This document shows positions 38,007 through 47,760 of a DNA stretch of 64,000 bases, piece after piece (the stretch's first letter is position 1; every line of letters begins with the position of its first letter). The notes under the pieces are model-generated. The model did no database searches. It was not told where the DNA came from and saw nothing but the letters and a program-made list of their open reading frames with translations. The position numbers and the translations under genes are program-made. The stretch is from Candidatus Thorarchaeota archaeon (GTDB taxonomy: Archaea > Asgardarchaeota > Thorarchaeia > Thorarchaeales > Thorarchaeaceae): NCBI GenBank assembly GCA_048882325.1, contig JBHLRS010000007.1, positions 32,001 through 96,000 of the forward strand, read 5' to 3'.

Positions 38007-38174
38007 CGATTCATCGACGCCTGACGCCGAGTACTATTTCATTGATGAAACCACCACTTTCTTAAATGCGGCTCTCAGGTACCTCAAAGACATATTCCTA
38101 TTGACACAACATAGCTGATTCATAGACAACAATGACCCACTAGCGGTCTCGTTTCCCTTTTGGACAGTTCCTCA

Positions 38175-39548
38175 TTAATCCCAGAATCCATCAGACCATC
38201 TAGAATCAATCTCTTTCTCTGCTAGATCCACAATAGCTGAAGATTCATCATTAAGAGCTGCACGAATAATCGATGCAGCATCCTCCTTGTTCAGCAGTCT
38301 GCTAGCTTTTACTATGGCCAGTCGAACGCGCTCTTGTGGTCTACCATATAGACGAAGAAGAATCTCAGCAGCATTTGATCCTCCTTGAAAAACCACTGAA
38401 CTCAGGGTTTCATCGATCATTGTGGTTGGCATTCCCTTTGAGAGGAGAGAGTTGAGAATGCTGTTTATCTCAGAGATATCAACTGTGGGGGGTTTGGCAA
38501 CTTGTGGAGGAGAAATCGGACCGAGACCCTCTAGTCGCGATGATAGTGTTGAGTAGGCACGTGTAGCTTCCCTTCTCACAGGTGTTGTCCTACCATTCTT
38601 CATCAAATCCTCGAGCAGATCCAGCGTAACTTTATCTCCAAATTCACCAAGTTGCCTGATAGCTCTGATACTAAGAGAGTGAGTTGGATTTGTTGCAATA
38701 TCTGACAACACATCGTTGCATAGATGAGTTTTAGCATCATGCATGGTAGTGATAGCTGAATGTTGTTGGTTGAAATCACTCGAATAGATGTTTGAGCGAG
38801 CTGACTTCACTCTATGTAGCACGTTTAGCTCACTATATTGTGAGATGGATTCATCTCCATCAGTGTTCGGTCCTCTTTGCCTTCTTTTCTCATCCACAAA
38901 TTCTTCCCAATAGCGGGGATCAATCTCGGCCAACATAGGTTCAATGGCAAGACCAGTCGCTTCAAGGCTCTCTCTAATAGTAGCAAATTGTTCTTCATTG
39001 ACGACGACGTCAAAGTGTCTATGTCCATGTGCAGCACTAACAATTTTCTGGCCATAATAAGTCTTCAACAAGTCTGCAGTACAATATTGGCGAGATTCTC
39101 CTTCCTTGTATTGAATCTTACATTCATGAAGTTCTTCAATTCTCTGTTGAAGTATTGCAGGTATAAGAACCGCGTAATGTCCCTTACTTATAGTTTGAAT
39201 ATTGATGCAGAATTGGTCGAATCTCCTATCCCTCTCGACGAGGAGGTCACGAGTGAAGGCAACCATGAAGGATTGAGGATTTTCTCTCACAGATCTATCT
39301 TTTAGTACTCTCAAGACGTTCAGCGATGGAATCTGAACTGCAAAGTAGATATCCCACATTCCCAGATAATGGAAGATGTGGTCTCTGTTTTCCAACGTGA
39401 TATGAGCTGCAACCTTTTCCAGTTCTTCTAAACCTTCTATGAGAGCTGATAATGCGTCATTTTTCAATGCTTGATCAATCATATGAGAGCTTGCAGCAAA
39501 GTTACTCTCATTGACTACAGCCCGAAATTTGAGAGCAATGTCCGTCAA
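38175..39548 (-). CDS. HEAT/PBS-repeat-containing protein
   Basis: IRAIRQLGEFGDK..LLEDLM, VRREATRA, VRLAIVKA, ALNDESSAIV; TTG start after GAGGT. Confidence 0.7.
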   Translation of the reverse strand: MTDIALKFRAVVNESNFAASSHMIDQALKNDALSALIEGLEELEKVAAHITLENRDHIFHYLGMWDIYFAVQIPSLNVLRVLKDRSVRENPQSFMVAFTRDLLVERDRRFDQFCINIQTISKGHYAVLIPAILQQRIEELHECKIQYKEGESRQYCTADLLKTYYGQKIVSAAHGHRHFDVVVNEEQFATIRESLEATGLAIEPMLAEIDPRYWEEFVDEKRRQRGPNTDGDESISQYSELNVLHRVKSARSNIYSSDFNQQHSAITTMHDAKTHLCNDVLSDIATNPTHSLSIRAIRQLGEFGDKVTLDLLEDLMKNGRTTPVRREATRAYSTLSSRLEGLGPISPPQVAKPPTVDISEINSILNSLLSKGMPTTMIDETLSSVVFQGGSNAAEILLRLYGRPQERVRLAIVKASRLLNKEDAASIIRAALNDESSAIVDLAEKEIDSRWSDGFWD

Positions 39549-39620
39549 CTTACCTCAGGTTGAAAATCAAACCTTCAACTTATCAACATAACCAAATATG
39601 AAAGTAAGAAAGATGAGAAA

Positions 39621-39645
39621 GGCCTGGCCTCTGCACAGCCAGGCC
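39621..39645 (-). terminator. GC hairpin followed by pyrimidine tract
   Basis: GGCCTGGC-CTCTGCACA-GCCAGGCC, then minus-strand TTTCTCATCTTTCTTACTTTC. Confidence 0.5.
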
Positions 39646-39672
39646 AACAAAGAGGGTGTGTGGTGAGGAGAA

Positions 39673-39942
39673 TTAGGAGCCTGTGCCGCGCATTCTATGG
39701 ACAATGAAGCACTTCTCGCGATATGCTTGATCTTCAAGGTCATTGATAAAGTTCTCAAGTTTCTTGACCCTGGTGAACTCTTCCTCGATACCAAGATCAC
39801 GAACTTGAATCAAAGCTTTCTTGTGCTCAATACGCACGTAAATTCCGCCCAGTCCGACCCCATGTTTCATGTACACCGGGTCCTCCTGGTTCTTAACACG
39901 ATAGAAACCCTGTCTTCTGAGCATTCTACTGAACATCATCAT
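39673..39942 (-). CDS. Small basic hypothetical protein (89 aa)
   Basis: Start ATG 39942 after GGGAGG; own TATA (TTTATATT, about 39995-40002) and terminator. Confidence 0.75.
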   Translation of the reverse strand: MMMFSRMLRRQGFYRVKNQEDPVYMKHGVGLGGIYVRIEHKKALIQVRDLGIEEEFTRVKKLENFINDLEDQAYREKCFIVHRMRGTGS

Positions 39943-40524
39943 TGTGTCGTAGCCCTCCCGGCGGTCTCGACAACAGACGTAAACGCTATCCATAATATAA
40001 AGGCATAGGGTTTCTATTGGTACACGCAAGCTTTTCGCGCCATATCCTATGCGGCGGAAGCTGCCAAATACAATACAAATCGATAATTTTGGTCATAGAA
40101 ACTACACAAAATGACAGTTATATACGAATTTTCTGAATTTTTAATCTAGCTTCCTTGACTTCTAGCTTCCAGCCATACAGAATAGCGCGGATTAGCTTAA
40201 CGTTTACATCTATAATCAAAATGGGTTTCTGGATCCTTCCTCAACGTTTACAAGCTAAATTTTGCAACGTGTACAATAGAGACAACTAGCCCGTATGAGC
40301 CCAGATTGAGACAAAGTGAGACTTAATTCCTTGAGACAGTTTGTTTATCTTTGAAATCAATAGCTGAGTGCTAATCTCGCTCGAAAGCGGCCTCAGTCAG
40401 TATACGCCGCTTATGATGCAATGAAAATACGTAGAATTAGAGAAGAACCAACCATTATTTTCACTTGGTCAAAGACAACCCTTAAAATGTGTTCAGAAAA
40501 GTCGTGAGCCAAGGCGAAAAGACA

Positions 40525-41046
40525 ATGCAATTTGACTCTCTACTTCAAATATTACAATCAATGCCTGTTTCTACGGTTTTCATTATGCTGGTTGCAATCA
40601 CACTAGCACTTGTATCAATCTGGGCAACTCGAAGATTCACAGATATGGAAAAGATGCAAGCAGACATGGCAGAGGTCAAAGCTTGGCAAGAGAGATTCAA
40701 AAAGGCAAGGGAGTCAATGGACCCAATTGAACTTCAACAAGTCATGGATGACCAAGGTAGAATAATGCGACTCAACACTGCAATGATGTCAGCGAGAATG
40801 AAGCCGATGTGTGTCTACTACATTCCATTTCTCATCGTCTTTGCAATATTGAACTTGATCTACGGGAACAATATAGTCGCAATCATTCCATTTAACATTG
40901 ACAAGGCACTTCCATTCCTTAGTGGATGGATTGGTCACTCAGTCCAAGGTGGTTTTGGTCTTAGTTACTATGGTTACTATATCCTGGTTGGATTGGGTTT
41001 AGGGAACATAATTAGAAGACCGTTTGGTCTCTCAATGACAACATAA
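40525..41046 (+). CDS. DUF106 / EMC3-TMCO1 (Oxa1-superfamily) membrane insertase
   Basis: TM1, coiled coil (DMEKMQ..WQERFKKA), MKPM, IP TM2, C-terminal YYIL TM; promoter AACCCTTAAA at about 40478. Confidence 0.85.
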   Translation: MQFDSLLQILQSMPVSTVFIMLVAITLALVSIWATRRFTDMEKMQADMAEVKAWQERFKKARESMDPIELQQVMDDQGRIMRLNTAMMSARMKPMCVYYIPFLIVFAILNLIYGNNIVAIIPFNIDKALPFLSGWIGHSVQGGFGLSYYGYYILVGLGLGNIIRRPFGLSMTT

Positions 41047-41260
41047 CGTGACCAGCACTTCCTATGAGCGCTGTTTTGTGCCAAACGTGACACATTGGTT
41101 ACGTACTTCATCTCCTTTTTATTCAATCTAGAGACTTCCATTCTTGCGGTTCCCCACGGGAGCATCCGTACTTCGGTTGCGGGGACACTGAGAGAGGATG
41201 TAACTCTTATTCTACCAGAACATCCCTAGTGGTCTTTCTTCCTTGTTACATCCTTTCTCT
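41046..41260. ncRNA. Candidate structured RNA or attenuator of unknown family
   Basis: At least five stems in 215 nt, including a 15-bp inverted repeat 41190-41204/41245-41259; no known consensus matched. Confidence 0.35.
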
Positions 41261-41316
41261 GCACTTCAATGTCGAATCAGTAACCGTTTTAACATACATT
41301 GATGAGTCACTAAGTT

Positions 41317-42510
41317 ATGAGCGCAGGACCCTCAAAAGTATACTTCGGATCTGTAATTCCCGGAAACACAGCTAGATGGGCAGCTTTTGCAGCCAAGGTG
41401 GATGAAGTCGTAAAGAAACTGAACTTCAAATCCATTGACAAAAAAGACAAAGTCGCAATCAAGATGCATCTTGGCTTCAATGATGGCTATCAGACAGTGC
41501 CAGTCTTCTTTGTGAGAAGAATCGTGAAAGCTGTCAAGGAAGCAGGTGGATACCCATTCATCACAGATAATCCAACAGCTGTGTACAACGCAGTGGAAAG
41601 AGGATATGCACAAGAAACATGTGGCTGTCCAATAATCCCCGTTGCTGGTGTAAAAGATGGCTATACCTATGATTTCAATGTGAACTTCCATAATGTGGAC
41701 ACATTGAAGATAGGCGGAGTGATGGTAGACGCTGATGTCCTTGTTGATCTCACTCATGTCAAGGGACACAACGGTTGTGGGTTTGGTGGAGCGATTAAGA
41801 ACATTGCATTAGGGGGATATCATGGACCATCACGTTGGAATAAGATTCATGGTGTTGAACAGTCATTACCCTATTGGGACGCTGATAAGTGCACACCTGC
41901 ACATGCAAAGAAACTAGTTGAAGCGTGCAAAGAGAATTGTATCAAGTATGACGAAGAGAAACACAAACTGACTGTGGCCTTTGGAATGTGTACCCAGTGT
42001 ATGGATTGCATTGAAGCTGACAAAGGAGTTGAGTGTCTACAAATCAAGCAGGAAAACTTCTCTCTGTTTCAGGAATTAATGGCACTTGGAGCAAACGAGA
42101 TTCTCAAGACATTCGATGAAGACAAACGATTTTTCCTCAGTTTCCTGATCGACATCACACCCTTTTGCGATTGTTGGGGTACGGGTCAACCGGCCATTCT
42201 CAATGATGTCGGGGTGCTTGGTAGTAGAGACATCGTAGCTATAGAGCAAGCTAGTCTGGATCTGATTGGAAAGCAGGAAGTTATTGAGAGTATGGTACCA
42301 CCTTTTGTGAGACTACATAATGACCCCGGTCTACATCCATTCCAGCGTATCAATGGACCTCTGAAAAACCCATACATTTCAGTCGAATATGCTGAAAAAC
42401 TTGGAATGGGAAGCCGACACTACAAACTAGTTGAAGTCCTATCACCTAAAAAAACATCAAAGCAGAAAGGTCCAAGTACAGTAACTGAACCTCCTGGTTC
42501 ATTCTTCTAG
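41317..42510 (+). CDS. DUF362-family Fe-S protein
   Basis: KVAIKMHLG, LTHVKGH..CGFGGAIKNIALG, CTQCMDC, ITPFCDC, DIVAIEQAS. Confidence 0.9.
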   Translation: MSAGPSKVYFGSVIPGNTARWAAFAAKVDEVVKKLNFKSIDKKDKVAIKMHLGFNDGYQTVPVFFVRRIVKAVKEAGGYPFITDNPTAVYNAVERGYAQETCGCPIIPVAGVKDGYTYDFNVNFHNVDTLKIGGVMVDADVLVDLTHVKGHNGCGFGGAIKNIALGGYHGPSRWNKIHGVEQSLPYWDADKCTPAHAKKLVEACKENCIKYDEEKHKLTVAFGMCTQCMDCIEADKGVECLQIKQENFSLFQELMALGANEILKTFDEDKRFFLSFLIDITPFCDCWGTGQPAILNDVGVLGSRDIVAIEQASLDLIGKQEVIESMVPPFVRLHNDPGLHPFQRINGPLKNPYISVEYAEKLGMGSRHYKLVEVLSPKKTSKQKGPSTVTEPPGSFF

Positions 42511-42615
42511 GTACTAATATTCGTCTAAACCAGATAATGATTAAAATACTCACACATAAGTGTCCCTTGGGGCGAAGACATCTATCGAGCAGCATCTAGG
42601 CTGAGTGAAATTAAG

Positions 42616-43131
42616 TTGCCATTCGAACATTCTCCTGAAGAGAGGCTCAAACGATACAAAGCTAGTCTAGATAAGATGGCGAAAGAAGAGGGTCGTAATC
42701 TGAAAACGACCAAGCAGAAGATGAAGACCTCAAAGCAAAAAGGAGAGAAAGCTCCCAATCCTGTAAAACAGGTTCCACGTAAGGTCAAATCACCAGACCC
42801 ACAGCATAAGCCACCCCAAGTACTTGTAAGTCCAGCAAAGAAGGAACTGAGAACAGCTGGAGTATCAATAAGAAAATCTCTCACAGATGCTAAGGTTAAG
42901 GAGATCGATGGAAGAAATCTTGTGATGCTCAAGGTTCGCCTTCGTTCAATAGACAGTTCCCTGAGAGATATTAAGAAACGTCGAGATACACTTGAGGCTC
43001 AACTCAAAAGCAAGTTTATCGATAAAGAAAGGTATCGTAAGGAGATGGACGCTCTAGTTGATGAGGGACGTACGTTGCTGGTCGAACGAGAGCGAGTCGA
43101 GAAAGAAATGAAGAAACTCAAACAGGAGTAG
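42616..43131 (+). CDS. Basic protein with C-terminal coiled coil
   Basis: 171 aa, Lys/Pro-rich linker, heptad-rich last 70 aa. Confidence 0.7.
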   Translation: MPFEHSPEERLKRYKASLDKMAKEEGRNLKTTKQKMKTSKQKGEKAPNPVKQVPRKVKSPDPQHKPPQVLVSPAKKELRTAGVSIRKSLTDAKVKEIDGRNLVMLKVRLRSIDSSLRDIKKRRDTLEAQLKSKFIDKERYRKEMDALVDEGRTLLVERERVEKEMKKLKQE

Positions 43132-43236
43132 TAGTGAATTTCACTGAAGTGTTTCTCCAACGACACTACAATACAACAGCAAAAAAGGGAAATACACCTC
43201 TCGAAATCAGTGAAATGAGTCCGGAGGCTGTATCCC

Positions 43237-44148
43237 CTGAGTAAGAAACGTGCTAAAGCACAATCTAAACGTCTGTCTTATGTACACAAAATTTGTGAAC
43301 TCAGTAGACGTGGAGACATGGATGCAGTTGCGAATCATATGAAGGGATACTTTACAGATAAACAGGCTCATCCCTGGCACAGCATGTACAAGGATATTGA
43401 GAAGTACTGGCTAAAGGAGCATCCTAAGAGAGATGTGACTGAAAGCCTCATTTTGCTGCGAGATGCAGTCTTTAGTAGTCTTGAGATTCTATCTCTCAGT
43501 ATCGCGTTGGATGTACCAACATCCGAACTGGTCGCTATCTTTACCAAAGAAGCAACATGGAAAGAAGGGCGACAAAAGGTCAGAAACAAGTCTATCGAGC
43601 TTATCGAAGAAATGATCAATAAGAGGAAGACACGTTACATAGTCCCATCTGCCCTCAAGCGAGATGGATTCGGGTTTCTCGTAGGCGAATTAGAGGAAGC
43701 AGAGCTTGAAACCTTCAAAAAAGCCAGACCTAAGATGAAGAAGGTTAAGGAGAAGAAGAGTAAGAAGTCGAGAGGAAAGCAGAAAATGAAAGAGGTTCTT
43801 GATCTAGGACCTTTGGAAAAGAGCAAACTGGGTAGCAGATTCCTACGGGAACAGATGATCATGGAATCCCAGATCGATAAGGATGACCCTCGTATACCCA
43901 CTCTAATTGAAGCATACGAGCAATTTCTAGTGAATATTGAGATTGATTTGAGTGCCTCAATCCCAGAACCTGTTCCAACTGAACAGGTCACTCTTAATGG
44001 TAAACCTTTAGCTGAAGAACCTGAAGTAAAATCTGAACCTAGCAAAAGGACTCAGAAGAAAGGTGTACAATCACCTTTGACAGATTTCATTGAAGAAAAA
44101 CCAGTTACTAAGAAGAAAGCAAAGAAGAGGAGGACCAAAAAGAAATGA
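43237..44148 (+). CDS. Hypothetical basic protein with C-terminal PIP-box-like motif
   Basis: ORF 43318-44148 is open upstream to CTG 43237 (after GGAGG); ends GVQSPLTDFIEEKPVTKKKAKKRRTKKK. Confidence 0.7.
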   Translation: MSKKRAKAQSKRLSYVHKICELSRRGDMDAVANHMKGYFTDKQAHPWHSMYKDIEKYWLKEHPKRDVTESLILLRDAVFSSLEILSLSIALDVPTSELVAIFTKEATWKEGRQKVRNKSIELIEEMINKRKTRYIVPSALKRDGFGFLVGELEEAELETFKKARPKMKKVKEKKSKKSRGKQKMKEVLDLGPLEKSKLGSRFLREQMIMESQIDKDDPRIPTLIEAYEQFLVNIEIDLSASIPEPVPTEQVTLNGKPLAEEPEVKSEPSKRTQKKGVQSPLTDFIEEKPVTKKKAKKRRTKKK

Positions 44149-45650
44149 GCAAGAAGAAGTCCTCCTTTGACCTGAGTGCAAAAGAAAGAAGAGCTTTGAC
44201 CGAACTCAAAAAGATTGCAAATGACATTGACTCACCAGATTTTAGTACAATGTATGATGCAGTAGGACGACTTGCCTCTCACGAAAATAGTAGGTCTTTG
44301 CTTCCAAAAACCATCGAGTTACTAGAGAGCTCTGATCAGAACATCAAACAGGCTGCGTTCACTGTTGCAGGTAAATTTGCTTTTGGAGAATACACTCAAG
44401 AGATATTTCAGCTACTAAAATCTCTGAACCCTGTCGAGAGGGAACAGGTACTTCAAGGGATACAAGAGAAGTTCAATCAGACAGGTGGACCTGAATCCAA
44501 TGGAGAACTAAAACGCTGGATTAAAGCTCTAGAGGGACTAGGAAAGGAGCATCAACCTGCAGTATTCAGTTTAATGAGGTCTCTTGGTGAACCAGGAAGG
44601 AGATGGGTGACAAAGCAGATCAAAGTGAACTTCGATGACATCTCTCTTGGAGCAGTCCCAGCACTCAGCGTATTTCCTGAGAAAATAAAGAAGAATCTCG
44701 TCAAGCTCTTGACTACAAAAGCGGCGAAGAAGCGAAGAGATATGTTACCATATATTTGTGGTATTGTCGACCAGTCAACTCTGTCTTATCTCTCTGTGTT
44801 TCTCAAGGGTAGCAAGTGGCAGGAACGAGTCGACATTGCTGCGGCAGTTGCAGCTGCAGGCATCAAATCCACGTCAGGTTTTGTAATGGACCTAGTAGGG
44901 GACAAAGATTGGCAGGTAAAGCAAGCACTTCTCGACAACATTAACGTTAGAAAATCTAAATTCACTACTCTATCAAAGATACTCAGTTTCTTTGTGAAAG
45001 AGTCACATGATGTAGTCAGATCAAAGGCTGAAAGAGTGTTACTCCGTCTGGGTTCAGAGAAGTGCTACGATGCTACCTTGACCGAACAGAGAGAAAAGTT
45101 AGAGAAACATTATCGCACACAGTTACTTAGAGCCGCTGAAGCAAACAAGAATCTGGATGCTGAGTGGCTTGGTATAGACATGACAAAAGTAGACCCTATG
45201 CATGAAATCATGACCAAAGTTTCCGAGGACGATACATCAGGAGTAGCTGATGATGAACCTGAAGGTATCTCACTTGCTGATATTTCGAAACCCAAATCTG
45301 ATGATGAAGATTCATCCAAACTTGATGAAAAAGACACCTCAGTACTTCTTGGAGCGCTTCTTGGTGCGCAGAAGAAGTCTGTGGATGCTCCAGAGATTAA
45401 TGAAGAGATTTCTTCAGATGACCTTCCACTAGACCCGACAATCCCGGCATCCAGTAAGTTTCTGTTACTACTTCAAAGAATGTCAGAACGCGTAGGTAAA
45501 GACGTTTCAATCAATGACTTGCTCACAAAAGCAGAGGAATCTGGGATGAGCGAAGATGATTTCAAAAACGCAATGGCAGAATTGGAAAAACAGGGAATCA
45601 TCTATAGGTCAAGTAAAGGTACTGTAAGCTATGTGGACATTGAGCTCTAG
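44145..45650 (+). CDS. HEAT-repeat protein with acidic linker and C-terminal winged helix
   Basis: ATGA overlap with the previous gene; HEAT-like units (LLESSDQNIKQAA, KWQERVDIA, DKDWQVKQAL, SHDVVRSKA); C-terminus GMSEDDFKNAMAELEKQGIIYRSSKGTV. Confidence 0.78.
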   Translation: MSKKKSSFDLSAKERRALTELKKIANDIDSPDFSTMYDAVGRLASHENSRSLLPKTIELLESSDQNIKQAAFTVAGKFAFGEYTQEIFQLLKSLNPVEREQVLQGIQEKFNQTGGPESNGELKRWIKALEGLGKEHQPAVFSLMRSLGEPGRRWVTKQIKVNFDDISLGAVPALSVFPEKIKKNLVKLLTTKAAKKRRDMLPYICGIVDQSTLSYLSVFLKGSKWQERVDIAAAVAAAGIKSTSGFVMDLVGDKDWQVKQALLDNINVRKSKFTTLSKILSFFVKESHDVVRSKAERVLLRLGSEKCYDATLTEQREKLEKHYRTQLLRAAEANKNLDAEWLGIDMTKVDPMHEIMTKVSEDDTSGVADDEPEGISLADISKPKSDDEDSSKLDEKDTSVLLGALLGAQKKSVDAPEINEEISSDDLPLDPTIPASSKFLLLLQRMSERVGKDVSINDLLTKAEESGMSEDDFKNAMAELEKQGIIYRSSKGTVSYVDIEL

Positions 45651-45711
45651 GTGTCAACACAAAGACTAATTTTATCGCCTGTAGATACGTCATTCTTGGC
45701 TGAGTATAGCG

Positions 45712-47037
45712 ATGAGCGAAGAACTTCTCATTAAGAATGGAATGATTGTAACTGGGGACAAAAAAGGAACTGTTATTCCAAAGGGGTACATCAAGGTTAA
45801 TGGATCCAGAATTGCAGAGATCAGCGAGGGTGAACCAAAGTTTGGTGCAGACACGGTGGTTGACGCTACTGGTTGTGTAGTCATTCCAGGACTCATTACA
45901 GCGCACACTCACCTCTATGGTATTCTGTTGAGAGGTGCGAGTCTGAATATCAAGCCACCCACTGACTTCGCACAGGTGTTGCAACGTGTCTGGTGGCCTG
46001 TGGACGAAGCACTTACAATAGAGGATGCTTATGCTAGTGCTTTATCTGCTAGTGCGGACATGTTGAGAAATGGTTCAACATTTTATGCTGACACGTACTC
46101 AGGTCCAAATTCGATTGAGGGAAGTCTTCAGGAAATAGCAAGGGGTACCAAAGAAGTAGGAATGCGTGGAATTATTGCCTTCGAGATGACGGAGAGAAAC
46201 AATCCTAAAGAAGCCACACGAGGGTTTCAGGAAGGTGTCAAGTTCATCAAGTCTTGTGGAAAAGAAGACCTCGTTTCAGGAATGATAAGTCTTCATGCAT
46301 CATTTACAGTTGGAGATGAGATTGTCACAAAGGCAGTAGCTCAGGCAAAAGAGCTGAATGTACCTATGACCGTCCATACATCTGAAGGTCTTGTGGATCT
46401 CTATCATAATCTTGAAGCTACTGGAGAGAGAACAGTTGAGAGACTTGATAGACTTGGAGCTCTTGGACCAAAAACAGTCCTAGCACACTGTGTTCATGTG
46501 GACAGGAATGAGATTGATCTGATAGCAAAGAGAAGAGCTTCAGTAGCTCACAATCCAATGAGTAACATGCTCAACGCAGTAGGTGTTTCTCCAGTTCCTG
46601 CAATGCTTGAGAAGGGCATTACGGTGGGACTTGGAAATGATGGCTGGATTTACGACCCTTTTGAAAACATGCGTTGTGCCTTGACCGTACATAGACTATC
46701 TAGCGGAAATCCAAGTGCTATTGGACCTGAAAAGATTTTCAGGATGGCTACAATTGAAGGTGCGTACTGTTATGGTTTGGAGAATGAAGTTGGAAGCCTC
46801 GAGAAGAGAAAACTAGCAGACATCGTAATATTAGATACATCAAGAGTTCCAACACCTCTGACACCAACCTCAGTGGTGGGACATCTGATCAACACTTTCG
46901 GAGGACGTGATGTGAGAGATGTTATCGTAAATGGGGAACCTGTTGTAAAAAACAAATTACTTACGAAAACAGATGACGCTCATGTTTCAGATGTATCGAA
47001 GAAGTCAGCGGAAGGACTCTGGTCCAAATTAAATTAA
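45712..47037 (+). CDS. Metal-dependent amidohydrolase (SsnA/MtaD/GuaD-like deaminase)
   Basis: PGLITAHTH, SLHASFT, VHTSE, LAHCVH, HNPMSN, GLGNDG. Confidence 0.9.
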   Translation: MSEELLIKNGMIVTGDKKGTVIPKGYIKVNGSRIAEISEGEPKFGADTVVDATGCVVIPGLITAHTHLYGILLRGASLNIKPPTDFAQVLQRVWWPVDEALTIEDAYASALSASADMLRNGSTFYADTYSGPNSIEGSLQEIARGTKEVGMRGIIAFEMTERNNPKEATRGFQEGVKFIKSCGKEDLVSGMISLHASFTVGDEIVTKAVAQAKELNVPMTVHTSEGLVDLYHNLEATGERTVERLDRLGALGPKTVLAHCVHVDRNEIDLIAKRRASVAHNPMSNMLNAVGVSPVPAMLEKGITVGLGNDGWIYDPFENMRCALTVHRLSSGNPSAIGPEKIFRMATIEGAYCYGLENEVGSLEKRKLADIVILDTSRVPTPLTPTSVVGHLINTFGGRDVRDVIVNGEPVVKNKLLTKTDDAHVSDVSKKSAEGLWSKLN

Positions 47038-47048
47038 AAAAGAAGTTT

Positions 47049-47065
47049 GTGGGGCAGTGCCCCAC
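47049..47065. terminator. Hairpin between convergent genes
   Basis: GTGGGGC-AGT-GCCCCAC flanked by A-rich (left) and T-rich (right) tracts. Confidence 0.5.
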
Positions 47066-47070
47066 TTTGT

Positions 47071-47760
47071 TTACCTTCTACGTACGCAGACAACTGCGCC
47101 TAGAATTACTATGACGCCTACTCCAATACCAACATAGAGTATGTTGTCCTGAAGTAGTCCAATGATGTCAAGGCCACCACCAGTACGAGTGAGTGATACG
47201 GTTGAGGATACTCCCGATGTAACATTAGTAGCTTCGAGAGAGTATCTATTAATCATACCATCTGATTTCTTGTACCGAGTAGATACTGACATGCGTGTTT
47301 CAGCGTCGGTGCTAGAAAATTGCGCACCCCAATTGGTTCCATCATTGATCAGTGTGTGGTTCTCTGTCCAGAAGATTGAGCCCTCTATTAAGTCAGATAG
47401 AAGACTGAAGTTGCCTATTGGAACAGCTAAGCCACTTCCTGTTAAAGCAATACCCAATAGATAGAGTGCTTCGAATCCCATAGCAGTACCATTGGCATAG
47501 ACCAAGTTCACATCTACTATAGGTATACCAGAATAGTCTGTCAACGGATCAGGAATTGTTCCCGGAGCTGATTCTATACTAATGTTTACGAGGTCATCAA
47601 TGATAGTATCACCTTCATCCACAACTTTGAAGTCGTAGGTGAATACGTCTCCTTGAGCTACACCCCATTCTAGACCCTGAGATGTTGCAGCTGCAACAGG
47701 TGAGATGAGGAATATAGCTACAAACGACATAACAAGCACAACTTGAAGCGTGCGTCTCAT
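47071..47760 (-). CDS. Secreted/surface protein with C-terminal TM anchor
   Basis: Signal peptide MRRTLQVVLVMSFVAIFLISPVAA, LEWGVAQGD, TM plus RRR tail. Confidence 0.8.
   Translation of the reverse strand: MRRTLQVVLVMSFVAIFLISPVAAATSQGLEWGVAQGDVFTYDFKVVDEGDTIIDDLVNISIESAPGTIPDPLTDYSGIPIVDVNLVYANGTAMGFEALYLLGIALTGSGLAVPIGNFSLLSDLIEGSIFWTENHTLINDGTNWGAQFSSTDAETRMSVSTRYKKSDGMINRYSLEATNVTSGVSSTVSLTRTGGGLDIIGLLQDNILYVGIGVGVIVILGAVVCVRRR

Noticed and set aside
40977-41165. 62-aa minus-strand ORF
   Set aside because: Overlaps the EMC3-like gene antisense and lies in structured non-coding sequence; no protein-like features.
41146-41235. TPP or glycine riboswitch, SRP RNA, RNase P RNA
   Set aside because: Only isolated words match (CUGAGA, CCGAAG, GGGAGCA), in the wrong order or without partner motifs; kept as an unassigned structure.
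32904-42510. Selenoproteins among the Fe-S genes
   Set aside because: Cys motifs are complete with no in-frame TGA.
42616-43131. ESCRT-I steadiness box or ESCRT-III homolog
   Set aside because: Only generic coiled-coil resemblance; no diagnostic motif and no ESCRT neighbours.
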